From the NCBI RefSeq assembly GCF_963921235.1, contig NC_086118.1, forward strand, positions 14,944,001-15,008,000: DNA of 64,000 nt, written 5' to 3'. A program made the position numbers and the translations under genes. Position 1 is the first letter of the stretch; each line of letters opens with the position of its first letter. Positions 25,930 to 37,019 of this stretch are shown in pieces. The notes beneath the pieces are model-generated. The model saw only the letters and a program-made list of their open reading frames with translations. It was not told the origin of the DNA and did not search any database. The stretch comes from Mobula hypostoma (Eukaryota).

Positions 25930-27747
25930 CAGTGCCTATAAAAAATAATTCACCTCACCCCCTTGGATTGTTCATGTTTTATTGCTTCACAACATTGAAT
26001 CACAGTGAATCTAATTTGGCTTTTTTCCACAGATTAAAAAAAAAGTCTCTTTCGTGTCAAAGTGAAAACATCTCCACAAACTGATCTAAATTAATTACAA
26101 ATATAAAACACAATATAATTGACTACTTAAGTGTTCACCCCCTTTAATATGACACAGTAAATCATCACTGGTGCAACCAATTGGTTTTAGAAGTCACATA
26201 ATTAGTTAAATAAAAATCGCATGTGTTTCAATTGACTGTAGTAAAAATGCACCTGTATCTGAAAGTTCCAACTGCTGGTGAGTCAATAGCCTGGTAAAAA
26301 CTACACCATGAAGACAAAAGAACACTCCAAGCAACTCAGCAAAAAAGTCATTGAAAAGTAGTCAGGAGGTGGATACAAGTCACTGAATATCCCGTGCAGT
26401 ACAGTTAAGTTAATCATCAAGAAATAGAAAGAATATGACACAGCTGTAAATCTGCCTAGAGCAGGCTGACTTCAGAAACTGAGTGACCATGCAAGAAGAG
26501 GATGAGTGAGGGAGACCACCAAGAGACCTACGACAACTCTGGAGGAGTTACAAGCTTCAGTAGCTTAGATGGGAGAGACTGCAAATACAGCAGCTGTTGC
26601 CTGGGTGCTTCACCAATCGCAGCTTTATGGGAGTGGCAAAGAGAAGGCAACTGTTGGGGAAAAAAACTCATATGAAATCTCAGCTAGAGTTTGCCACAAG
26701 GCATATGGGAGACTTTGAAGTCATTTGCAAGAAGATTCTATGGTCTAATGAAACCAAAACTGAGATTTTTGGCCTTCAGACTAAAAGCTGTTTGGCATAA
26801 GCCAAACATTGCACATCATCAAAAACACACCACCCTTACTGTGAAGCATGGTGGTGGCTGCATCATGCTGTGGATATGCTTCACTGCAGCAGGCCCTGGA
26901 AAGATTTTGAAGGCAGAGGGTAAAATTAATGCAGCAAAATACACGGAAATCTTGGAGGAAAGCTTGATGCAGTCTGCAAGAGAATTGCGACTTGGGAGAT
27001 TTCTTTTCCAGCAAGGCAATGATCCCAAATATAAAGCCAAAGCTGCACAGGAATGGCTTAAAAAGAACAAAATTAATGTCCTAGAGTGGCCAAGTCAGAG
27101 TCCAGACATCAATCCAATTGAGAATTTGTAGCTGGACTTGAAAAGGGTTGTTCACTCATGATCCCCATGCAATCTACAGAGCTTGAGCAGTTTTGTTAGA
27201 AACAATGGGGAAAAATTGCAGCGTCAAATTGTGCAAAGCTGATAGACTCAAGGCTATACTTTCTGCCCAAACTAACACTGACTTGAAGGGGATGAGCAAT
27301 TATGCAATCAATTATTTTATTGTTAACAATTGTAATAAATTTAGATCAATTTATAGAAATTTGTTTTTGTTTTGATGCGAATGTCTTTTCTGTTGATCAG
27401 TGTCAAAAAAAAAACAAATTAAATCCAGACAACAGGAATTCTGCAGATGCTGGAAATTCAAGCAACATACATCAAAGTTGCTGGTGAACGCAGCAGGCCA
27501 AGCAGCATCTATAGGAAGAGGCGCAGTCGACGTTTCAGGTCGAGACCCTTCGTCAGACGAAGGGTCTCGGCCTGAAACGTCGACTGCGCCTCTTCCTATA
27601 GATGCTGCTTGGCCTGCTGTGTTCACCAGCAACTTTGATGTATGTTGCTTAAATTAAATCCAGTGTGATTTAATGTTGTAAAACAATAAAACATGAAAAC
27701 TTCTGGGGGGTGGGGGGAGAGGGGATGAATACTTTTTATATGCATTA
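25930..27747 (+). mobile_element. Tc1-family DNA transposon, full-length but inactive
   Basis: TA flanks (25928-29, 27748-49); termini CAGTGCCTATAAAAA / TTTTTATATGCATTA with long subterminal IRs; transposase from ATG 26308 with WSNETK, TVKHGGGCIMLW, FQQGNDPKY, WPSQSPDINPIENL; catalytic D residues altered, stops and frameshifts. Confidence 0.9.
27429..27650. mobile_element. Near-perfect palindromic miniature PLE insertion with back-to-back hammerhead cores
   Basis: 95-bp arms 27460-27554 / 27556-27650 with 2 mismatches; perfect 13-bp TSD AAATTAAATCCAG at 27416-27428 and 27651-27663. Confidence 0.9.
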
Positions 27748-28540
27748 TAGGTCATATTTCTTACCCATTCTTATGTTTGGGTTGCACAATAAATTAACAT
27801 CTTAACAATATCTGAATGCTTTTATGCACTGAGTTGTTGCCATATGGTTGGCTGATTAGGTATTTGCATTAACAAATGAACGGGTGTACCTATTAAAGTG
27901 GCCGTTGAGCATATGTCTTCCAGTTTTAGGCTACTAAGCCCTTGGAAAAAGACTAAACATCTACCCTACCCATACCCCTCATAATTTTATAAACCTCTAT
28001 TAAGTTGCCCTTAGGCCCCCTGAGCACCAGTGAGAACAATCACAGCCTATCCCATCTCTCCTTGAAATCAAAGCTATCCATTCCAAGCACAAAGTGCCTA
28101 GAGTGCAAAATCTAATCTTCACTCTTTATAGTGCTACCACATCCTTTCTAAAGTGCGATGTGCAGATTGCACACAATATTCCCCGTGTAGCCTAACCATT
28201 ATCATATACCATTGGAACAAGGTGCCCAGCTTTTATACTCAAAGTCTCATTCTAACAAGCCAAGCAAGGTAAACACCCTACCCTATCCATCCATGTGAAT
28301 TTGCATCCCAAGCTGTCTCTGCATCTCAACACTTGTAAAGACATGGCTGTTTACTGTAAAAAAAATACTGTGAAGAAATAAAGGAAACAATGAGAGCTGT
28401 AAACTGCCAGTTGTAATTGAATAATGTATAAAGTTTATTTATAGTGCAAAAAATAGCCTATAGTCTTCCCATAGGCTCTCCACAAGCCTGTGGAATAATA
28501 TTGTAAATTAAAGTGGTACAAATCAACCACTAAATGGAAT

Positions 28541-29200
28541 AGTCAGAGTCATACTTTATTAATCCCGGGGGAAATTGGTTTTTGTTACAGTTGCTCCATA
28601 AATAATAAATAGTAATAGAACCATAAATAGTTAAATAGTAATATGTAAATTATGCCAGTAAATTATGAAATAAGTCCAGGACCAGCCTATTGGCTCAGGG
28701 TGTCTGACCCTCCAAGGGAGGAGTTGTAAAGTTTGATGGCCACAGGCAGGAATGACTTCCTGTGACGCTCAGTGCTGCATCTCGGTGGAATGAGTCTCTG
28801 GCTGAATGTATTCCTGTGCCCAACCAGTACATTATGTAGTGGATGGGAGACATTGACCAAGATGGCATGCAACTTAGACAGCATCCTCTTTTCAGACACT
28901 ACCGTGAGAGAGTCCAGTTCCATCCCCACAACATCACTGGCCTTACGAATGAGTTTGTTGATTCTGTTGGTGTCTGCCACCCTCAGCCTGCTGCCCCAGC
29001 ACACAACAGCAAACATGATAGCACTGGCCACCACAGACTCGTAGAACTTCCTCAGCATCGTCTGGCAGATGTTAAAGGATCTCATTCTCCTCAGGAAATA
29101 GAGACGGCTCTGACCCTTCTTGTAGACAGCCTCAGTGTTCTTAGACCAGTCCAGTTTATTGTCAATTCATATCCCCGGGTATTTGTAATCCTCCACCATC
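28541..29200 (-). mobile_element. Rex1/Babar LINE 3' fragment, young subfamily
   Basis: RSFNICQTMLRKFYESVVASAIMFAVVCWGS...SFLPVAIKLYN; AATAAAGTATGACTCTGACT tail. Confidence 0.88.
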
Positions 29201-29329
29201 TCTTTATCTCTTCATCTCTTTACTTTATTAACTGTAGCCTGACAAAATTATAACAAATTCCAACTTAATGTTTGTTATGTTGGTGACAGCTGTTTAAATC
29301 AATACCTCAAAATGCATTGCAAAGATATA

Positions 29330-29840
29330 TATGATGTCTTGTAAATGTATTCAGCCCCCAACCCTTTGTTCACTTAAAATAAGTATTACCACCAGGGATT
29401 TTGATCCATTTGACTGAGAATTTTTTTTTCAAAAAAAAACTGGGAAAATTGTAAAGCATGAAAAACTAAAAATTCGAAACCTGAAATGTTAGCAGTTCAA
29501 AAGTACTCATTCCCCCTTTGCTCAGTACTTACCTGCACCACTTCTCACAGCTATCACAATCAATGATCTTTTTGGATATGTCTCTATTCACTTTGCACAA
29601 CGTGATGAAGCAAGATTTGCCCATTCTCTCCTTGATCAAATTGTGCAAGGTTTGTTGGGGAGTCATGGTGGACAGCAATCTTGAGGGCTGACCAGAGATG
29701 TTTGAACGGGTGATGGTCAGGACTCTGACTGCGCCACTCAAGGACATAAATTTTCTTCATTTGAAGCCCATCCGTGGTTGCTTTTACAGTATGCTTTGGG
29801 TCGTTGTCCTGCTAAAAGACAAACCTCCTCCCTAGTTTAA
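29330..29840 (-). mobile_element. Tc1-like transposon fragment
   Basis: Paired IR/DR-like motifs (GTATTCAGCCCCC, GTACTCATTCCCCCTTTGCTCAGTACT) and degenerate QQDNDPKH-like sequence on the minus strand near 29800. Confidence 0.5.
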
Positions 29841-30074
29841 CCTGGAGGAAATCCCACACGCTCACAAAGAGGAAACCGACTCCACATAAACAAGACCTGA
29901 GTTTACATCTGAACTCGGATCACTGGACTGCTTAACTAGTTGTGCCATTCTCATTTTCCATTCCTCTCCTTCACAATGCTTTTCTTCAGTAATGTGTGTA
30001 TGTAACAGATTGTTCAGTTAAGAAGTCTTCACACTAAAACAGCATCAAATGAAAGTGCTCACATACACAGGTTT

Positions 30075-30842
30075 TCATCCAGGGGGTCAGTGTGGACATG
30101 GTGGAGGATTACAAATATCTGGGAATACAAATTGACAATAAACTGGACTGGTCAAAGAACACTGAGGCTGTCTACAAGAAGGGTCAGAGCCGTCTCTATT
30201 TCCTGAGGAGACTGAGATCCTTTAACATCTGCCGGACGATGCTGAGGAAGTTCTACGAGTCTGTGGTGGCCAGTGCTATCATGTTTGCTGTTGTGTGCTG
30301 GGGCAGCAGGCTGAGGGTAGCAGACGCCAACAGAATCAACAAATTCATTCGTAAGGCCAGTGATGTTGTGGGGATGGAACTGGACTCTCTGACGGGTGAG
30401 GGTAGCAGACGCCAACAGAATCAACAAATTCATTCGTAAGGCCAGTGATGTTGTGGGGATGGAACTGGACTCTCTGGTGTCTGAAAAGAGGATGCTGTCT
30501 AAGTTGCATGCCATCATGATCAATGTCTCCCATCCACTACATAATGTACTGGGTGGGCACAGGAGTACATTCAGCCAGAGACTCATTCCACCGAGATGCA
30601 ACACTGAGTGTCATAGGAAGTCATTCCTGCCTGTGGCCATCAAACTTTACAACTCCTCCCTTGGAAGGTCAGACACCCTGAGCCAATAGGCTGGTCCTGG
30701 ACTTATTTCCATCTAGCATAATTTACATATTATTATTTAACTATTTATGGTTTTATATTGCTATATTTAAACTCTATTCTTGGTTGGTGCAACTGTAATG
30801 AAACCCAATTTTCCTCGGGATCAATAAAGTACGTCTATGTCT
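30075..30842 (+). mobile_element. Rex1/Babar LINE 3' fragment, young subfamily, with internal 80-bp tandem duplication
   Basis: YKYLGIQIDNKLDWSKNT...KKGQSRLYFLRRLRSF; duplicated 30312-30391/30397-30476; candidate TSD AGGTTT 30069-30074 / 30843-30848. Confidence 0.88.
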
Positions 30843-30873
30843 AGGTTTAGGCAGCATCTCTAGGAAGAGGTAC

Positions 30874-30909
30874 AGTCGACGTTTCAGGCCGAGACCCTTC
30901 GTCAGGACC
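30874..30909 (-). ncRNA. Minimal type-I hammerhead ribozyme motif, intact
   Basis: Minus strand GGTC-CTGACGA-AGGGTCTCGGCCT-GAAA-CGTC-GACT; ACGT palindrome and GUC cleavage triplet intact. Confidence 0.8.
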
Positions 30910-31405
30910 AACTGAAAGAAGAGCTAGGAAGAGATTTGAAGGTGGGAGGGGGAAGGGGAGATCCCATTCCCATTCTGAAATGTCTATCCACGGCCTCCTC
31001 TACTGTAAAGATGATGTCACACTCAGGTTAGAGGAACAACACCTTATATTTCGTTTGGGTAGCCTCCAACCTGATGGCATGAACATTGACTTCTCAAACT
31101 TCCGCTAATGCCTCACCTCCCCCTCGTACCCCATCCATTATTTATTTATATACACACATTCTTTCTCTCACTCTCCTTTTTCTCCCTCTGTCCCTCTCAC
31201 TATACCCCTTGCCTATCCTCTGGGCTTCCCCCCTCCCCCTTTTCTTTCTCCCTAGGCCTCCTGTTCCATGATCCTCTCACATCTCTTTTGTCAATCAACT
31301 GTCCAGCTCTTGGCTCCATCCCTCCCCCTCCTGTCTTCTCCTATCATTTTGGATCTCCCTCTCCCCCTCCCACTTTCAAATCTCTTACTAGCTCTTCTTT
31401 CCGTT

Positions 31406-31441
31406 AGTCCTGATAAAGGGTCTCGGCCCAAAACGTCAACT
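31406..31441 (+). ncRNA. Decayed hammerhead motif
   Basis: AGTC-CTGATAA-AGGGTCTCGGCCC-AAAA-CGTC-AACT; core changes all fall at CpG positions of the intact copies. Confidence 0.6.
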
Positions 31442-33527
31442 GTACCTCTTCCTAGAGATGCTGCCTGGCCTGCTGCGTCCACCAGCAACTTTTATGTGTG
31501 TTGCTTGAAATTCCAGCATCTGCAGATTTCCTCGTGTTTACATACACAGGTTTACCATGATTGGGATTCACCTGCAACATATCTTCAACATTAAATTTAC
31601 AGTTGAGCTGTCTCCACTTTATCTTGCATGTAGGGAATGGTTTAACCATCAACAAAAGTTCTGACACCTTCCCTTTCAACATTACCCCAACTCATCACCC
31701 TCAACCCTCACAGCACTATACCAACAGAAAATATTATTTGCATTCCTGGTTACAAAGTTTGTAGTTTGGAGGATTCCAGAAAAGATGCCTACATTTTGCC
31801 TCAGCCAAAGGCCACATAACATCAGTACAAGTCCTGCCCACTAAAGGGCGACATGCCCTTAGGCCAAGCTGACTATCAAACCTATCGACTCATACACATA
31901 AAATGCTGGAAGAACTCAGCAGACCAGGCAGCATCTATGGAAAAGAGTAATTTTGAGCCGAGGCCCATCATCACGATTTCCAGCATCTGCAGGTTTTCTC
32001 TTGTTTCTGATTAAACCTGTCAACTACTTTGTTTTGGGATTTTAAAATGTTATATTTTAAAAATCAATGAAGTGATTAAAAATTTACATAACTAAATCAT
32101 CTAAGCAATGTCAATTAAAAACACATAAGTTACTTGATACTTGACCTTCAATTATACCAGTGCCTTAGTTGAACCTGGTAAGCTGTCTTAACAACAATCA
32201 CCCAGTAGCATTTATCATCCATTGTGATGAAATGCGGCGACGAAGCATATCATCTCCTGCCTGAGAAGTTGACTTTGATCCGCTTCAATTTTCCTACCAT
32301 CACAACAGGTCAAAAGCAGGTGCCATTTCATTCGCTTCTCACTCAACCCTGGGCAGCAAAGATGCATACATCAGAACACTCTCCATAGACTTCAGCTCGG
32401 CATTCAATACCATCATCCCCTCAAAACTAATCAATAAGTTACATGATCTTTGCCTCAGTACCTGATTGTGTAACTGGATCCTCAATTTCCTCACTTGCGG
32501 ACCCCTGTCTATTCAGATCAACAACATCTCCTCCACAATCTCTATCTGCACAGGTGCACCACAATAACCAACTAACCTACTAACCAGTATGTCTTTTAAA
32601 TGTGGGACGGAACCCACGCAGTCACGGGGAGAACGTACAAACTCCTTACGTACTCCTTAATAGACAAACACAGGCAGTGGCAGGAATCATTAGAAATGGT
32701 TGTCTGCATTTGCGAGTGCTTTCCAATTTTTGAAGTTAAATTTAATTTTTTAAAATATATTTCTCGTGATGAATTCTGCCAGCTACAAACTGGAGAAATG
32801 TGAGAAACAATATATAAATGACATTGGGGGTAAAAGTAATAATACAAACCAGCCATGTTAGGGCTAAGTTAAATAAATACAAAATACAGGAGATGGTTTG
32901 TGATTATAAAATGCCTTTGAGCTCATCATAAATCATTTATGAATAAACTATATATGATAGAAGTCTCCAGAGCACCTCATTTTGGACCGATCTGGCATTC
33001 CCATGCAGGATTGAAAGATTACTGGATTGTGACAACTGCTGACCTTTGAATGAGGTTACACTATAACATTATTTGCCTGTTCTGGAGATTCAGGTGAATG
33101 TCAAAGATCACAGCATTATTTAAAGACCAGACAGCGCTCCCTGTGCACTGTCATAATGTATTTCCCTCAGCAAATGTGCTGAAAAGATGAATTCTCATTG
33201 AATTTATTGCTGTCAGAATGGCTAGAGAACTGACAACAAGTAATGAAGGTGCTAATTTGTTTTCTTTAAAAGGCTAATGAATGCAAACACTAATCCTTGT
33301 GGATACAATTTGTGAATTTAGTGGCTTGTGACAAATGTTTTTTTTATAATCTCTTTTCCCTTGTGACAAAATATTCCATTGAAATAAAGCTTTTTTTTCT
33401 GAATTCTTCTAATTCTGAAGCTACATTTTCCAACACTTCTCTTTGAAACAAAACACCACCATAAACTAAGCCTTTGTTGAGCAGTTCATTGCAAATTGCA
33501 ATACTCTACATATGTTCCAAATAGTTA

Positions 33528-35157
33528 CAGATGTCCCCCGCTTTTCGAACGTTCGCTTTACGAAACCTTACTGTTACGAAAGACCTACATTAGTTCCCTG
33601 TTTTCGCTAACAGAAGGTGTTTTCACTGTTACGAAAAAAGCAGCACGCGCTAAAAGGCAGCGCGCGCCCTGAGCAGCCGCTCTCCCCCGGATTCGGAACT
33701 GCATTCTACCCGGCATTGCTTAAACACTTGCCTGTGAGCATCTGTGCTTTACGTCGATTTATTTTGAGCGTCTGTTAGCAAGATGAGTTCTAAGGTATCG
33801 GAAAAGTCTGAAAGAGCTCATAAGGGTGTTACACTTAGCGTAAAACTAGACATAATTAAGCGTTTTGATCGTGGTGAACTAAGTAAGGACAAAGTGAGTT
33901 TGGCTTGTGGAAGTTGACGAAGATGATGTTGAAGAGGTTTTGGCATCTCATGACCAAGAACTGATAGATGAAGAGCTGATGCAATTGGAAGAGGAAAGGA
34001 TAACAATCGAAACCGAATGCAGTAGCGAACGGACCGAAAGTGAAGTCGTCCAGGAACTGAACGTGAAGCAACTGCATGAGATTTTCGCTGCAATGATAAA
34101 GTATGACTTTAATTTTGAAAGGGTACGTCGGTTTAGGGCATATTTGCAAGATGGTTTGAGTGCTTACAAAGAACTGTATGATAGAAAAACGCACGAGGCT
34201 AAGCAGTCAAGCAAGCCTTCCACATGAGCCACAGCGGATGACGAACCTCGACCTTCGACATTGAGGCAGGCAGACATAGAAGAAGATAACCTGCCTTCCC
34301 TGATGACACCCCAGTGTTCCACCACCCCAACCCCCGGGCCGCAGACAGAAACCGATTCGCAGAGAATGCAGCGGTAGCCAGGACGCACCCAGCACATCTT
34401 TAAGAGAAAAAGCCGAAATAAACAAGCTAATTAATTAGGTGCCACCCAGCAAGTAAATGTTGGCCCAGATCACAGGTGACGCAATCGGCAATCGCCTCTG
34501 ATCTGGGCCAACATTTACGTGCTGGGTGGCACCTAATTAATTAGTTTGATTATTTCGGCTTTTTTCTTAAAGATGTGCTGTGTGTGTCCCGGCTACTGCT
34601 GTACCACAGCTTGCTTCGCGGATCGGTACCAGTTCGCTGCCCGGAGGGTGGGGGTCACTGCACCACCCCAACCTCTGACGACTCAACCTAACACACCATC
34701 ATCAGTGTGTACGATGTCTTCCTGATTCCCATAAGTGATACTACACTGTACATACATTATTTCTACTTTATATCCGCTGTATTTTTACGTGTTATTTGGT
34801 ACAATTTGGCAGCTTCATAGCTTAAAGGTTACTGGAGAGTGCTTGCGCCATGTTTCTGCTGAGAGTGCTTGAGTGAGATTTTCGCTACGGAGAACAGTGT
34901 GGCAAAGATTGTGGAAAAGTATTTCTACTTTATATAGGCTGTGTATTCATCATATAATTCCCGCTTTTACTATATGTTATTGTTATTTTAGGTTTTATGT
35001 GTTATTTGGCATGGTTTGGTAGGTTATTTCTGGGTCTGCGAAAGCTCACAAATTTTTCCCATATAAATTAATGGTAATTGCTTCTTCACTTTACGACATT
35101 CCGGCTTACGAACCGTTTCATAGGAACGCTCTACCTTCGGATGGCGGGGGAAACCTG
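33528..35157 (+). mobile_element. Tigger/pogo-type DNA transposon, internally deleted, with large internal hairpin
   Basis: TA flanks; TIRs CAGATGTCCCCCGC / GCGGGGGAAACCTG; ATG 33783 MSSKVSEKSERAHKGVTLSVKLDIIKRFDRGE (CENP-B-like HTH start) fused to C-terminal EVDEDDVEEVLASHDQEL...YKELYDRK. Confidence 0.85.
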
Positions 35158-35287
35158 TACTACAATTACCCTCATGGTTATCAACACAAGCATGTGGAAA
35201 GAAATTCTTCATCTTGTGTAGATCCACCAAACATAACAATGAAGTTAATGTTTTTGAATGAGGGTGGCAAATATTTCTAGTTGAAAC

Positions 35288-35470
35288 CGCAAACATGAGG
35301 AAATCTGCAGATGCTGGAATTTCAAGCAACACACATAAAAATTGCTGGTGAACACAGCAGGCCAGGCAGCATCTATGAATCCTGACGAAGGATCTCAGCC
35401 CGAAACATCGACTGTTCCTCTTCCTATAAATGCTGCCTGGCCTGCTGCGTTCACCAGCAATTATTACGTG
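35288..35470. mobile_element. Miniature palindromic PLE insertion with hammerhead
   Basis: Perfect 16-bp TSD TATTTCTAGTTGAAAC at 35272-35287 and 35471-35486; inverted arms ~35331-35376 / 35425-35471. Confidence 0.88.
35378..35413 (+). ncRNA. Minimal hammerhead motif, core intact
   Basis: AATC-CTGACGA-AGGATCTCAGCCC-GAAA-CATC-GACT. Confidence 0.65.
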
Positions 35471-35904
35471 TATTTCTAGTTGAAACTAAGGTTTCTTCAG
35501 CTCAGTGTCAACTTGGCTGCTCAATAACAATATGCAATGTTGTGTATAAATTGTTTATAATTTATGTTAATTTGGGACTATAATTTACATTTGTTATTTT
35601 GGAATATACTGTGCTGGAAGTTAATTTTTCAAGGCATTTATATGCTAGGAATGTATGCCCATGAAAATTAACTTGAACAAAGCAAAACTTGGCCATTGGA
35701 TTAGTTGTTCAAGATGAAATCTTAAAGTGGAGGAAGGGGTTGGGTGTGAGGTAAGAAATTTGGCTCAACACTTGTAGGTTCAATAAAGCATCCGATTTAC
35801 TACTAAAGAGCAAACTTACCGTGCTGCAGAGGAGACATTAGATAACCAAAGGCTGGGTAAAAGTGACAGGTTTGAAAACGTAAAAGACAGAAGATGAGAT
35901 TCCA

Positions 35905-36235
35905 GTGACAGCACAGTGTCATAACCAGGTGAGCTTGGCTTGCAGCACAGGAGATCTATGTAAAATCCCAACCTCTGGCGTTGTCAGCATAGAGTTTGCA
36001 AGTTCTTCCTGCAAGCAATGGGGTTTCTCCTTTGTGGTCTAACATCGTCCCACATACCTACGGTATGCTGGTTACTAAATTAATTGGCCACTTTAAATTG
36101 CCCCTAACGTGTTGGTGAATGGTATTGTGGAGGGGGGGTGGCAAGGGAAGGGACTGATGTAAATGTTGGAACATTGGGATTGCACTGAGAGTTGGCACAG
36201 ACTCAATTAGCCAAAGTGGCCTTCTGTTATGTTGC
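35905..36235 (+). mobile_element. V-domain (HE1-like) SINE, degenerate
   Basis: Degenerate tRNA-like head, then GAGTTTGCAAGTTCTTCCTG...GGGTTTCTCC...CCCACA...TTAATTGGCCACTTTAAATTGCCCCTA typical of V-SINE cores; related pieces near 9860-9970, 29840-29950, 32570-32655, 50410-50550. Confidence 0.55.
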
Positions 36236-37019
36236 AAGGAAATACAGATGTGTTGTTTATCTCGTACAAATTGACTTTTACATTCTCTGATAATGATTCC
36301 TATTTTCAAACCAGTTAAAGTAAAATAAAAAGTTACCACTTAAACTGCAAAGTCAGATATTTTTTTGGACTGAGGCAGTCTCAGCTGAATGTTGGTGTGT
36401 TTATATCCTTGTCTTTTTTACTCACTCTCTCTGGATGTTTAGAAATGATGTAATGCAGCTGCTGGCCAGGGTCATGACCACTCCCATTCAGTCTGTTCAG
36501 GAAGCAATGCCTTGAGAGTTTCCCAAAATCCATTTCCCAAAATGGCTTAAACTCAATTTTTCCAACAAAAGTTGTTTTTCACCAGGAATTGTCTTGATTT
36601 TTAAGCTGCATGATCACAAACAGAACCACAGCCAAAAATATTTCATCTATGCTCTGCAATTTATTAATCTTTGACATTCAATTTTAAGTCAGTAGGCCAT
36701 GCCTTTTATTTATTCTGTCGTTTTAGCAGTTTCCTGTCAAAGTTAATAGAAAAATTCTTTGGAGTATGCCTATAATTTGATTTTAATACCAGATTCTTTA
36801 CTTTCCCTCTGTTCTGGGCCTTGACTAGTTTTTTTCCCCACATCACACAACATCTGAGCAAGAAGTGAGAAATGAAGAATGCAATATGCATTTTGATTAT
36901 TCCATTCTCCCACCCACCCCCACCCCACCAAATCCAACACCATAATCTGACCAGACTCACATGCATACACTGAGTTTAGTAAGATGGATATTAAGTTATA
37001 GCAGAGAGGCCATTATGGG

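Larger units (their letters stand above)
25548..27912. mobile_element. Non-autonomous Tc1-type element (host of the Tc1 insertion), itself inside a minus-strand CR1 fragment (~25310-28350)
   Basis: Right terminus GTGTACCTATTAAAGTGGCCGTTGAG; sequence AAAGTCACTTA|GGTCATATTTC resumes across the 25930-27747 insertion. Confidence 0.6.
30849..31539 (+). mobile_element. 5'-truncated Penelope-like element with inverted terminal copy
   Basis: Inverted terminus 30849-30964; GIY-YIG C-terminus (LRLEEQHLIFRLGSLQPDGMNIDFSNFR) ending 31108; 3' terminus to 31539; 14-bp direct repeat ACATACACAGGTTT 30061-30074 / 31540-31553. Confidence 0.88.

Noticed and set aside
26308..27285. Active Tc1 transposase
   Set aside because: Multiple stops and frameshifts, and two catalytic aspartates altered (WSNETK, FQQGND)
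27351..27657. Overlapping ORFs with the same peptide on both strands (also 1319-1775, 31268-31594, 39820-40236)
   Set aside because: Artefact of translating the palindromic non-coding PLE terminus
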